27,284 nucleotides of DNA from Bacteroidales bacterium (lineage in GTDB: Bacteria > Bacteroidota > Bacteroidia > Bacteroidales > P3). The notes beneath the pieces were generated by a model, which did not search any database, was not told where the DNA came from, and saw only the letters and a list, made by a program, of their open reading frames with translations. Where the stretch lies: the NCBI GenBank assembly GCA_021443125.1, contig JABUUQ010000001.1, forward strand, positions 1 through 27,284. The letters run 5' to 3'. This document shows positions 1 through 7,386 of the stretch, piece after piece (position 1 is the first letter of the stretch; each line of letters starts with the position of its first letter). The position numbers were made by a program, and so were the translations under genes.

Positions 1-341
1 TCTTCTTTTTCTTTTACATATTTTCTATATAGAGATTTAAAAAGATAGCCTTTATCTGTGGGATATCCTAATTCTTTATAAAATTTTTTTAAATTTGCTA
101 TAGCTTTTACACAAGTATTATTAAGTTGGATCTCTCTTGTCTTTCCTGTTTTCTGTTCTCTAAGAATTATTTTATTATCTTTAGTTATGTGTTCAAATTT
201 TAATTTTTGTAAATCTGAAATTCTTAAAGCTACATTCACACCAAAATTGATTAGTTCTAATATTACAGGCTTATTTTTATATTTTAATACTTCTCTTATT
301 CTTTTTAGATCATCTTCTTTTATATATTTCACACTTTCCAT
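1..341 (-). CDS. Tyrosine recombinase / plasmid resolvase (phage-integrase family), N-terminal part; runs off the left edge
   Basis: Not in the ORF track. Manual translation from ATG 341 (RBS AGGAGA at 345-350): MESVKYIKEDDLKRIREVLKYKNKPVILELINFGVNVALRISDLQKLKFEHITKDNKIILREQKTGKTREIQLN... It contains box I (ALRISDL, catalytic Arg) and the EQKTGK Lys loop. The HxxR and Tyr motifs would lie outside the window. Confidence 0.88.
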   Translation of the reverse strand, partial: MESVKYIKEDDLKRIREVLKYKNKPVILELINFGVNVALRISDLQKLKFEHITKDNKIILREQKTGKTREIQLNNTCVKAIANLKKFYKELGYPTDKGYLFKSLYRKYVKEKE

Positions 342-557
342 AATTCTCCTTTAAATTCTAGGTATACTATAAGTCGTCTTTTCTTTTATAAAGCCTTTAA
401 AATCAATTTTACAAAGGCATTTTTGAATTGAAAATAATTAAAATATTTCATCATAAAAAAGTTGATTTTTTCTGAAATAAAAAAACTTATTTCCTAGAAA
501 CCATAATGAAATAAAAATTCAAAAATTCTTTATCTATAGCTAAAAAAGAAAAATATA

Positions 558-600
558 AATACTTGTCATATTTATGATATCATAATATTTATGGCAAGTA
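558..600. repeat. Composite inverted repeat (candidate accessory recombinase site)
   Basis: AATACTTGTCATA (558-570), an internal palindrome TTATGATATCATAA (572-585), and TATGGCAAGTA (590-600). Confidence 0.6.
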
Positions 601-652
601 AAGAAATTCAGGAAAGAGAAAATAAAATTTAAGTATTAATTTTACTCAAAAA

Positions 653-685
653 AATACTTGTCACTTCGTTGTTATGACAAGTATT
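653..685. other. Candidate tyrosine-recombinase crossover (res) site, 13-7-13 architecture
   Basis: AATACTTGTCACT-tcgttgt-TATGACAAGTATT. The outer 11 bp are a perfect inverted repeat around an asymmetric spacer, about 310 bp upstream of the recombinase gene. Confidence 0.55.
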
Positions 686-692
686 GAAATAT

Positions 693-721
693 AAAAAAAA
701 ACTAGTAAGATACTAGTTTTT
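693..721 (-). terminator. Intrinsic terminator ending the candidate ncRNA (possibly bidirectional)
   Basis: AAAAACTAGTA-AGA-TACTAGTTTTT hairpin; U9 run on the minus strand (plus-strand A run 693-701). Confidence 0.8.
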
Positions 722-831
722 CTCATTTAATTATTTTTAGTAGTGACAGGGCGACGTTCCTGTATCTCCTAACTTGGGCGATAGCTGCCTTTTCTATCCT
801 CAATACTAAAAATTTCTATGTTTCTGTTCTT
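693..831 (-). ncRNA. Predicted ~140-nt structured small RNA downstream of the PBECR3-like gene
   Basis: Has its own consensus promoter (838-867) and terminator. A 10-bp closing stem (733-742/804-813) encloses a GC-richer core with two hairpins: GATAG/CTATC (780-798) and ACAGG/CCTGT (746-763). No start codon with an SD. The 5' end is estimated from the -10 position. Confidence 0.65.
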
Positions 832-837
832 ATAATT

Positions 838-867
838 ATTATATATTACTTTGACATAAGTTGTCAA
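838..867 (-). promoter_or_regulatory. sigma70-type promoter TTGACA-18-TATAAT with an overlapping inverted repeat
   Basis: On the minus strand, TTGACA (867-862) begins immediately after the stop codon of the 868-1233 gene; TATAAT is at 843-838. The inverted repeat TTGACA-taagt-TGTCAA (851-867) covers the -35. Confidence 0.75.
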
Positions 868-1233
868 CTACAAATTTTTTACACACACATAATATTTATT
901 TAAAAGCTGAAATTCAAACTTTTTATCATTTAATTTGTACAGTGTTCTTGCAAATAAAGTTCCATTTTTTGACATTCTAACAGCAACTTTTATATAACAT
1001 TTTTTTTCTTCTGAATAAAATTCTTTTATTAATTCTAGAGAGCCATCCTTTAAATTTTCTCCTACATAATCTGGGGAGCCAATGATAGCACCTATATGTT
1101 CATAATATATTTCATATTCATCTGGATGACTATTTTTCATATGTTCAATATTTTGTTCTCCTATATATACCATACAATTAGTTAGATTAAACGTTTTGAC
1201 AATTTTTTCCTTTAAAACTCCCACCATTTCCAT
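868..1233 (-). CDS. Stand-alone PBECR3-like (phage-Barnase-EndoU-Colicin-RelE, BECR-fold) predicted RNase domain protein
   Basis: Pattern YIGEQNIEHMKNSHP..Y......I...PDYVG....GSLELIKEF......KVAVRMSKNGTLFARTLY matches my recollection of the PBECR3 family (N-terminal H-x4-H helix, terminal-strand Thr). RBS AGAAGGT upstream. Confidence 0.7.
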   Translation of the reverse strand: MEMVGVLKEKIVKTFNLTNCMVYIGEQNIEHMKNSHPDEYEIYYEHIGAIIGSPDYVGENLKDGSLELIKEFYSEEKKCYIKVAVRMSKNGTLFARTLYKLNDKKFEFQLLNKYYVCVKNL

Positions 1234-1265
1234 GTTTATACTACCTTCTTTATATTTTTTGTTTT

Positions 1266-1305
1266 AGTGGAAGTTTTACTAAAGTCTTGTGTTAGTTATT
1301 CCACT
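1266..1305 (-). other. Stem-loop in the leader of the PBECR3-like gene (possible attenuator)
   Basis: AGTGGAA (1266-1272)/TTCCACT (1299-1305) plus inner ACTAA/TTAGT; no clear U tract on the minus strand. Confidence 0.4.
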
Positions 1306-1351
1306 GTTTAAAATAATAATTTTTTCATTACAATAATGTTCTCCTTGAAGA

Positions 1352-1678
1352 CTATTTTACTATTTCAGCCTCTTCTATTTCAAAAGTTTTATCTTCTATT
1401 TCAGCTTTTTTTTGAGTAAAAGTACCTGTTTTTGAAAACATAGTAAACTGCATTAATTCAAGCTCTTTGTGAATATTATCTCTTTGTATTTTTACATAGT
1501 CTAGTTCTCTATCTTTTTCAGCCAAAGCATTTTTAAGTTCTTCAATTTCTTGATCTTTTTTTACATCAGAAATTATATTAGATACATAGCTTTGAGATTT
1601 TTTTACTTTTTCTGCGATTTCTTTTTGAGTAAATAATCCACTTTCATATGCTTTAGCTATACTTGTTTTATCACTCAT
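1352..1678 (-). CDS. HTH + coiled-coil protein (KorA/KfrA-like plasmid regulator architecture)
   Basis: HTH pattern FTQKEIAEKVKKSQSYVSNII followed by a heptad-rich segment. Start moved to ATG 1678 because of RBS GAGGTG. Confidence 0.65.
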   Translation of the reverse strand: MSDKTSIAKAYESGLFTQKEIAEKVKKSQSYVSNIISDVKKDQEIEELKNALAEKDRELDYVKIQRDNIHKELELMQFTMFSKTGTFTQKKAEIEDKTFEIEEAEIVK

Positions 1679-1713
1679 CTTAGACACCTCTTTTTATATA
1701 TTTTTATAATAAA

Positions 1714-1742
1714 ATACTATCATATTTTTTTCAAAATGTCAA
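1714..1742 (-). promoter_or_regulatory. Promoter TTGACA-17-TAGTAT with extended -10 (TG)
   Basis: Minus strand: TTGACA (1742-1737), ttttgaaaaaaatatga, TAGTAT (1719-1714). Confidence 0.7.
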
Positions 1743-1951
1743 TCGATAATATCTCTATATATTACTTTGTAATAAAACAAAATATTATTATGTTTCAAAA
1801 TACCTGTAAAATAAAGGAAAATAGGTGTTATAATTAATATTTTTTTTAAAGAAATATTCCAATTTATTATTTAGTAAATAGTATTATGGGAGTGAGTTAT
1901 TTTTTAATATATAAATTATCGGATGATATAATTTTAATTTTTAAAACAAAT

Positions 1952-1981
1952 AAAAAAGGAATAAAATATATTCTATTCCTT
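1952..1981 (-). terminator. Intrinsic terminator after the 1994-2371 gene
   Basis: AAGGAATA/TATTCCTT stem followed by a U run on the minus strand. Confidence 0.7.
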
Positions 1982-1993
1982 CATATGTTGAAA

Positions 1994-2371
1994 TTATTTG
2001 ATTTTAGTTATTGCTTTTTTTTCTAGTTCTTTTATTTCTTCTACTCCTTTTTTTATTATAGGATAAAAAGTCAATCTCTTATTTTCTTTTATCTCTAAAT
2101 ATCCTATATGTTGAATATTTTCTTCTGGATAAATAACAAGACAATCTGTAGCATAATCTGAAGGTGTCTTGAATAAATAAGTAAGAACTGATAAAGTATC
2201 ATCATTTAAAAGTAAATCTACTTCTATTTTATCTTCATTCTTTCTTTTTAATAAATTTTTTAAAATTCCTTTTTCTTTTACTGGTAAAACAAATTTATAT
2301 ATTCCATAAGGATAAAGTGGATTATCAATTCCGTCAAAATCGTGATGTTCCCATAATATAGTTATTTTCAT
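1994..2371 (-). CDS. Hypothetical protein (125 aa)
   Basis: ORF with RBS (GGGAGAG) in a co-oriented cluster; no recognised motif. Confidence 0.7.
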   Translation of the reverse strand: MKITILWEHHDFDGIDNPLYPYGIYKFVLPVKEKGILKNLLKRKNEDKIEVDLLLNDDTLSVLTYLFKTPSDYATDCLVIYPEENIQHIGYLEIKENKRLTFYPIIKKGVEEIKELEKKAITKIK

Positions 2372-2419
2372 TTCTATCTCTCCCTCTTCTTTATTTAGGA
2401 CTTGCTTACTATAGCTATT

Positions 2420-2707
2420 CTATTTTAATTTTTCTTTTGCTGTATTTAAATAATCAATAAATCCTTTCAAAAGCCCCTGATGAGTCCTCATATAAGATGA
2501 TGATTCAATATTTTTAATTTGATCATTAATATTCTTATAAGTTTTAGTTCTATCATATGTATCCCCTTCTAAAATTATATCTCCGCTATCCATTAAATAT
2601 ATTTTATCTACAAAAGATAAAATATATTTAATATAACCCCTTATATCCCCATCATTAACAATAAATTCCTTATTAGCTATTAAAATTTTTTCGACTTTTC
2701 CTAGCAT
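2420..2707 (-). CDS. Hypothetical protein (95 aa)
   Basis: RBS AAGGAAGG; preceded by a TGTAWTACA tandem site. Confidence 0.7.
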   Translation of the reverse strand: MLGKVEKILIANKEFIVNDGDIRGYIKYILSFVDKIYLMDSGDIILEGDTYDRTKTYKNINDQIKNIESSSYMRTHQGLLKGFIDYLNTAKEKLK

Positions 2708-2726
2708 ATTAACCTTCCTTATTTTT

Positions 2727-2747
2727 TGTATTACAACCTGTAATACA
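2727..2747. promoter_or_regulatory. TGTAWTACA-N3-TGTAATACA element, copy 1
   Basis: TGTATTACA-ACC-TGTAATACA; 5 bp after the stop at 2753. Confidence 0.8.
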
Positions 2748-2752
2748 ATTTA

Positions 2753-2971
2753 CTATTCCTTTATCTTTCTAGGACGCCCTGTTGTTTTTAAACCTCGTTC
2801 ATCTTTTAGTAGCTCTTCTACTCCACCACTTTTATATTTTCTTTCCCAAAGCCTTATAGCACCTCTCGAAGCAATATTGAGTTTCTCCATAACTTCTGGA
2901 TATGACAATCCCGCTTCTCTTAATTTAACAGCTTCTACTTTTATTTTGTCATCATATCTTCCAACACTCAT
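2753..2971 (-). CDS. Small HTH protein resembling the DNA-binding domain of IS3/IS150-family OrfA
   Basis: YDDKIKVEAVKLREAGLSYPEVMEKLNIASRGAIRLWERKY..GGVEEL...GRPRK; likely start ATG 2971. No OrfB/DDE domain nearby. Confidence 0.65.
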   Translation of the reverse strand: MSVGRYDDKIKVEAVKLREAGLSYPEVMEKLNIASRGAIRLWERKYKSGGVEELLKDERGLKTTGRPRKIKE

Positions 2972-2993
2972 TTTATAACCCCACATTATTATT

Positions 2994-3026
2994 AAAAAAA
3001 GCTACCTTATACTTTAAGGTAACTTT
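2994..3026 (-). terminator. Intrinsic terminator downstream of ardC
   Basis: Minus strand: GTTACCTTA-AAGTA-TAAGGTAGC followed by U7. Confidence 0.8.
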
Positions 3027-3032
3027 CTTTAA

Positions 3033-3061
3033 ATTATAGTCCAAGCTCTTTTAATTGTCAA
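3033..3061 (-). promoter_or_regulatory. Perfect consensus promoter TTGACA-17-TATAAT overlapping the ardC stop codon
   Basis: TTGACA 3061-3056 (contains the ardC TGA at 3060-3058), 17-bp spacer, TATAAT 3038-3033. Confidence 0.75.
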
Positions 3062-4083
3062 TCATCGTTCATTTCTAATTCTTTTTCTTGTTCTTTTTCT
3101 TTCTTCAAGGCTAGTATATCTACTACTTGTATTTGTGGCTCTTTTTCTTTTATGCTTTTTTCCAGTTCAACTGTTTGTTCTATCCCTTTATATTCTTTTA
3201 CAATAAAATTTGCAATATCTTCTGCGTCTGATGAAGCTCTATATATTTCATTTGGATCTTTATCAAGTATAGAGATCCAAGACCTTATATATTCTTGATT
3301 ATTTTCAAATTGTCTATCTGTTACTGGCAAATTTAACTGATTTTGTAAAAACATTGAGGAAATTTCAGCCCTTAATTCTTCCCTTGCATAATTTGGCGAT
3401 CCAAATTCTCCTGTAAGATCTCTATCTAATCTTTCTTTGTGTCCTGTACTGTGAGCCATTTCATGAAGTAAGGTTGAAGCCAATGCAAGATCATTTGTAA
3501 ATAAATCCTGATTAGGTAAGAGAATAACATCTTTACTAGGAATATAACAAGCTCTATCCTGATTTGCATATTCAATCAAGCATTTTGAACTTTTCTCTAA
3601 ATTTCTTATCACTTCCTGAATTTTTTCATCTTTTATTCTTTCAGGTATTTCAAAGGCTGGAGCTCCTTCAACTTCTGTAAAATTAAATACTTTAAAATAA
3701 CTAACACTTGGAGATCTTAAAGGTACATTTTTTTTCTCTATTTCCCCAGTTTCTGCGTTTATTTCTTCTATAGTCTTTGAGAATCTCCAATGTTCGCATA
3801 CAACGCCTTTAGCACCTTTATTTAATTTATATCCCTTATCTGCTATCTGCTTAAATGTAGCCCACCTAGGATCTTTATAATCATTTAGTAAAGCAATTGT
3901 TCCAAGTTTTAATTTATTTCCTCCATGATACTCTGTTCCATTTATTCCATTGTGAGGGGTACAAAGTGAACTCCATTCTTTAAACCACTCAATACCCTTT
4001 TTATCCAAGTTTTCTATTATAATTTCAACAAGTTTTCTCCGTTCTTCCTGAATAATATCAAAAGCTGTCTTTTTTTCACTCAT
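3058..4083 (-). CDS. ardC: ArdC-family antirestriction protein (ssDNA-binding N-domain + zincin-like MPTase domain)
   Basis: Motifs PHNGINGTEYHGGN, DPRWATFKQ...G..L.KGAKG, LLHEMAHSTGH..RLDR (HExxH) and YAREELRAE. Confidence 0.92.
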   Translation of the reverse strand: MSEKKTAFDIIQEERRKLVEIIIENLDKKGIEWFKEWSSLCTPHNGINGTEYHGGNKLKLGTIALLNDYKDPRWATFKQIADKGYKLNKGAKGVVCEHWRFSKTIEEINAETGEIEKKNVPLRSPSVSYFKVFNFTEVEGAPAFEIPERIKDEKIQEVIRNLEKSSKCLIEYANQDRACYIPSKDVILLPNQDLFTNDLALASTLLHEMAHSTGHKERLDRDLTGEFGSPNYAREELRAEISSMFLQNQLNLPVTDRQFENNQEYIRSWISILDKDPNEIYRASSDAEDIANFIVKEYKGIEQTVELEKSIKEKEPQIQVVDILALKKEKEQEKELEMNDD

Positions 4084-4358
4084 TAGTTATCGTCTCCTTT
4101 AAACTCATGAGTTCCCTCAATATCATCATCATATCCATTCTCTTCAAAAGCCCCATATTTCTTCTTAATATCTTCAATAGTATCTTTTTCTTCTGTCTTT
4201 TTCTCTATAATATCTAGATTTTCAAATTTTTTTTCCTTGCCTCCCTGGATCGATTTTTTTTCTTCCTCTTTTGCTTCTTTATATTTTATTATATTCATAC
4301 CTATAAATACTAATATACAAAGAATTAAACCTACAATTACTAAATTTGTTAATAACAT
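4083..4358 (-). CDS. Single-pass membrane protein, hypothetical
   Basis: N-terminal hydrophobic helix, acidic tail; RBS AGGAGG; stop overlaps the ardC start. Confidence 0.7.
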   Translation of the reverse strand: MLLTNLVIVGLILCILVFIGMNIIKYKEAKEEEKKSIQGGKEKKFENLDIIEKKTEEKDTIEDIKKKYGAFEENGYDDDIEGTHEFKGDDN

Positions 4359-4370
4359 TTTTGCCTCCTT

Positions 4371-4916
4371 TTATAACTCCATATTAATTATCAATTTTTC
4401 AATATCTATTTTTTTCATGACCTTTCTATCTTCAAATATCATTTTCTGCTCTTTATTTATAGCTCTTACCATAAAGCCAAACTCATTAAATTCTAATTCT
4501 AAAAGGATTTTTTTATTCTTATCTAAAAACTTTATAGATCTAGGAAAATTATCTTCTTGAAGTTTATTAATATTTCTTATCTTTCTATCCATAACTAATT
4601 CTACATATGAATACTTTTCCTCAATTTTAAAATCTTCTCTTTTCATTGGATCTATTATCCAATCTTCAATAAAGATTGAAGGATCTCCTATCCAACCACA
4701 AAACCAACCGCTTCTTAATTCTTTTACTTTTTCATCTTTAGAAATATATACTCTATGCTGACGATGTCTATTATTAACATGGAGAATATAATTCTTATCA
4801 AAAATAATATTTTTTTCATAGATAAAAAATCGTTCATATTCTTCTGGACTTAATAAGATTTCTTTTCTTCCAAAGGTATTTTTTAATAAAATACTTATAA
4901 ACTTAGGTACTTTCAA
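4371..4916 (-). CDS. Hypothetical protein (181 aa, TTG start)
   Basis: RBS GGGAGG before the TTG; in an operon with ardC. Confidence 0.7.
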   Translation of the reverse strand: MKVPKFISILLKNTFGRKEILLSPEEYERFFIYEKNIIFDKNYILHVNNRHRQHRVYISKDEKVKELRSGWFCGWIGDPSIFIEDWIIDPMKREDFKIEEKYSYVELVMDRKIRNINKLQEDNFPRSIKFLDKNKKILLELEFNEFGFMVRAINKEQKMIFEDRKVMKKIDIEKLIINMEL

Positions 4917-4948
4917 TTTAACCTCCCTAAATAACTAAATATAGTATT

Positions 4949-4986
4949 AAAATCTTGTGGCCAATTAGAAATTAGCACAAGATTTT
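4949..4986 (-). terminator. Terminator after topoisomerase III
   Basis: AAAATCTTGTG/CACAAGATTTT stem; the inner C.A mismatch reads as G.U on the minus strand. Confidence 0.7.
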
Positions 4987-4991
4987 GTGTT

Positions 4992-7097
4992 TTACTTTTT
5001 CTTTTTACCCTTTACAAATGAATCAAATCTTAAATTTGGATAATTATTTTCTACAACTAGCTTTAAATTAGCTTCATATTCATTTCCTGCTGTACTTTTC
5101 AATTTTGCTGGTATTGTTTTTCCTTCAAGAAGTTTTTTAACTTTAGAAACTGTCAATTTTACTTGATTTTCTTTGTTAAAATTCATTGTTTCCCAAAGTG
5201 TAAATTTACACCCCTCTTTATAGCCTGAACAAGAATAAGTTATTTTTCCCGTTTTAGTTTTCCCCTCATAAATGGGCTTTTTACAAATAGGACATTTTCC
5301 TATTTCTTCTTTTAAATCATTTTTTGCTATTTTTTCTATTTCTATCTCTGTTTTTATTATTTGTTCTAATTCTTTTTCTGCCATTTCTATAACTTCTTCT
5401 ATCTTTTTTTCACCTTTATAGACTTTTTTTAAAATTTTACTGAATTCTACTGTTTTTTCTTTATAAAGATTTATATTTAATTTATCAAGAACTTCTATTA
5501 GTTTTTCTCCCAAAGGCTCTAATGAAAGGTTAGAATTTTTTCTGGATATATAATTTATATCTATTGCATTTTCTATAATTCCCGTTCGAGTTGCATTTGT
5601 TCCAATCTCTATACCTTCAAATATTGCTTTGTATTCTTCATCTTCTGTAGTTTTTTCTGAACGAAACGGATTTTTTAAAAAGTTTCCCAGTTCATCTTCT
5701 GTAGCTTTTTTAGGAGCAGTTGTTTTTTTCTTTACTGGCTTAAAATCTACCTCAAAATTTTCTCCTTCTTCTAATTTAGGTAAATTATTTTCAATTTTTT
5801 GAGGCTCATATTTTAAAAATCCCTCTTGCTTTATACTTTCCCCTTTAAATTCAAATACTTCATCTGCTACTTTTAATGTTACAATAACCTGATCTATTAT
5901 TGTATCTTCTTTAAGAAAATTACTTATAAACCTATTAAAAACAGTTTTATATACTGTTTTTTCTGTTTCATCTGTAATATCTTTTTCTATATCTGGTATC
6001 TTGGTAGTTATCGTTATAGCACTATGACTTTCTATTTTAGAATCATTGAATATTTTTTTTGTATCTTTAAACTCAACATTAAAATCAGATAATTTACTTA
6101 AAATTTCTTTTACTTTATCTTTTTCAGCTTCCCCCATATATTCTGAATTAGTTCGAGGATATGTTAAATATCCTTTCAGATATAAAGATTGGATAGCTTT
6201 CATAGAAGTTGAAAAGTTGATTTTATAATTTTTTGATAAAAGCCCTTGTAAATTATCTAAAGAAAATAATTTACTAGGATATTTTCTTGTTTCTTTTTTT
6301 TCTATTTTAGTTACTATAGCTTTATTTTTATTTAGTTCTGTAGCAATTCTTTGTGCTTTTTCTTCTTCATTTTCATTAAATTTTTTATCTTTTATTGATA
6401 GTAATAAGTCTATATCCCCAACCTTTAAAGAACTTTCTAATTGATAATAAGTTTCTGGCTTAAAATTTTTGATTAACATTTCTCTATCATAAACAAATTT
6501 TACAACTGGTATTAAAACTCTACCAGCTCTTAAAAGTGTTCCCGCTTTTATTGTTAAATATCTTGTTATATTAATACCTAAAAGCCAATCAAGATAAGTT
6601 CTAGCCAAACACTCATCGTGCAGATTCTTGTATTTGCTATTATCAGGTAAATTATTTACCTGTTTTTTTATGGTTTCTTCTGTTTGTTCTGGCAACCACA
6701 GTCTTTTCACGGGCTTATTTGTTCCTATGTTAGCAATAATAAGATCTATTATTATTTGCCCCTCCCTCTCTGCGTCACCGCAGTTTACTATTTCTTTCAC
6801 ATCTTCTCTATTTACCAATTCCTTTAAAATCTTATATCTTCTTTTTATTTCATCATCATCTTTTAACCCAAATTTAAAATCTTGTGGAATGAAAGGAAGC
6901 TTGGTATCTTTCCAAGCCATCTTATCCACTCCTAAGTATTTTTCTACGTCGTAAAGCTCAAATAAATGCCCTTTTGCCCAAGAAACAATATATTTATCAT
7001 TCTCATAATATCCATTTTGCTTATTAAATGCTTTCAAGGCTTTAACTACTGCTATAGCTAAGCTTGATTTTTCAGCTATTATTAGTGTTTTTTCCAT
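4992..7097 (-). CDS. topB: Type IA DNA topoisomerase III, plasmid type, with C-terminal zinc ribbon
   Basis: Toprim motifs LIIAEK, SWAKGHL and CGDAEREGQ; active-site GYLTYPRT; CPICKK...CSGYKEGC. Confidence 0.95.
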   Translation of the reverse strand: MEKTLIIAEKSSLAIAVVKALKAFNKQNGYYENDKYIVSWAKGHLFELYDVEKYLGVDKMAWKDTKLPFIPQDFKFGLKDDDEIKRRYKILKELVNREDVKEIVNCGDAEREGQIIIDLIIANIGTNKPVKRLWLPEQTEETIKKQVNNLPDNSKYKNLHDECLARTYLDWLLGINITRYLTIKAGTLLRAGRVLIPVVKFVYDREMLIKNFKPETYYQLESSLKVGDIDLLLSIKDKKFNENEEEKAQRIATELNKNKAIVTKIEKKETRKYPSKLFSLDNLQGLLSKNYKINFSTSMKAIQSLYLKGYLTYPRTNSEYMGEAEKDKVKEILSKLSDFNVEFKDTKKIFNDSKIESHSAITITTKIPDIEKDITDETEKTVYKTVFNRFISNFLKEDTIIDQVIVTLKVADEVFEFKGESIKQEGFLKYEPQKIENNLPKLEEGENFEVDFKPVKKKTTAPKKATEDELGNFLKNPFRSEKTTEDEEYKAIFEGIEIGTNATRTGIIENAIDINYISRKNSNLSLEPLGEKLIEVLDKLNINLYKEKTVEFSKILKKVYKGEKKIEEVIEMAEKELEQIIKTEIEIEKIAKNDLKEEIGKCPICKKPIYEGKTKTGKITYSCSGYKEGCKFTLWETMNFNKENQVKLTVSKVKKLLEGKTIPAKLKSTAGNEYEANLKLVVENNYPNLRFDSFVKGKKKK

Positions 7098-7110
7098 TTT
7101 TCCTCCTAAA

Positions 7111-7386
7111 TTAGCTTTTTTTCAAGTATATAATCTGAATTCCTTCACTATTTTTATATGATTTTTTTATCTCTAAAGCTATATCTATATCCAAGTTAGA
7201 GTTTTCTTTTTTTAATATTCTCAATTTCTTAGAAAAGCTATTCTTTTTATTTATTCTCTCTAAATAATTCATAAGTTCCTGATAATCTACTGTATTATCT
7301 TTTAAAGAAATAACTCGTGATAAACTTTTAGAGTATATTCTTAAGTTAGCCAATAAAAATTTTTTATCATAAATAAATATAGCCAT
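7111..7386 (-). CDS. Hypothetical basic protein (91 aa)
   Basis: Translationally coupled to the upstream beta-barrel gene (overlap at 7386). Confidence 0.6.
   Translation of the reverse strand: MAIFIYDKKFLLANLRIYSKSLSRVISLKDNTVDYQELMNYLERINKKNSFSKKLRILKKENSNLDIDIALEIKKSYKNSEGIQIIYLKKS

Noticed and set aside
399-411. AAAATCAATTTTA as an IHF site
   Set aside because: Matches WATCAA but lacks the TTR at the required distance.
661-726. 21-codon hydrophobic ORF on the minus strand (MRKTSILLVFFYISILVITTK), resembling a type I toxin
   Set aside because: No SD near the ATG, it runs through the terminator and the putative res site, and T-rich DNA yields hydrophobic codons by chance. Ribo-seq would settle it.
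841-1769. 13-bp match ATATATTACTTTG at 841-853 and 1757-1769 near two promoters
   Set aside because: A 13-mer match within 2 kb is roughly expected by chance at this AT content.
1760-1774. TATTAC-TTT-GTAATA as an eighth copy of the junction element
   Set aside because: Spacing is 2 bp shorter and the outer TG/CA are missing.
1886-1936. 16-codon plus-strand ORF behind a TGTTATAAT-like -10
   Set aside because: No RBS and no convincing -35; common in AT-rich DNA.
2753-2986. IS3-family insertion sequence
   Set aside because: No OrfB/DDE domain, frameshift signal, terminal IRs or target duplication seen.
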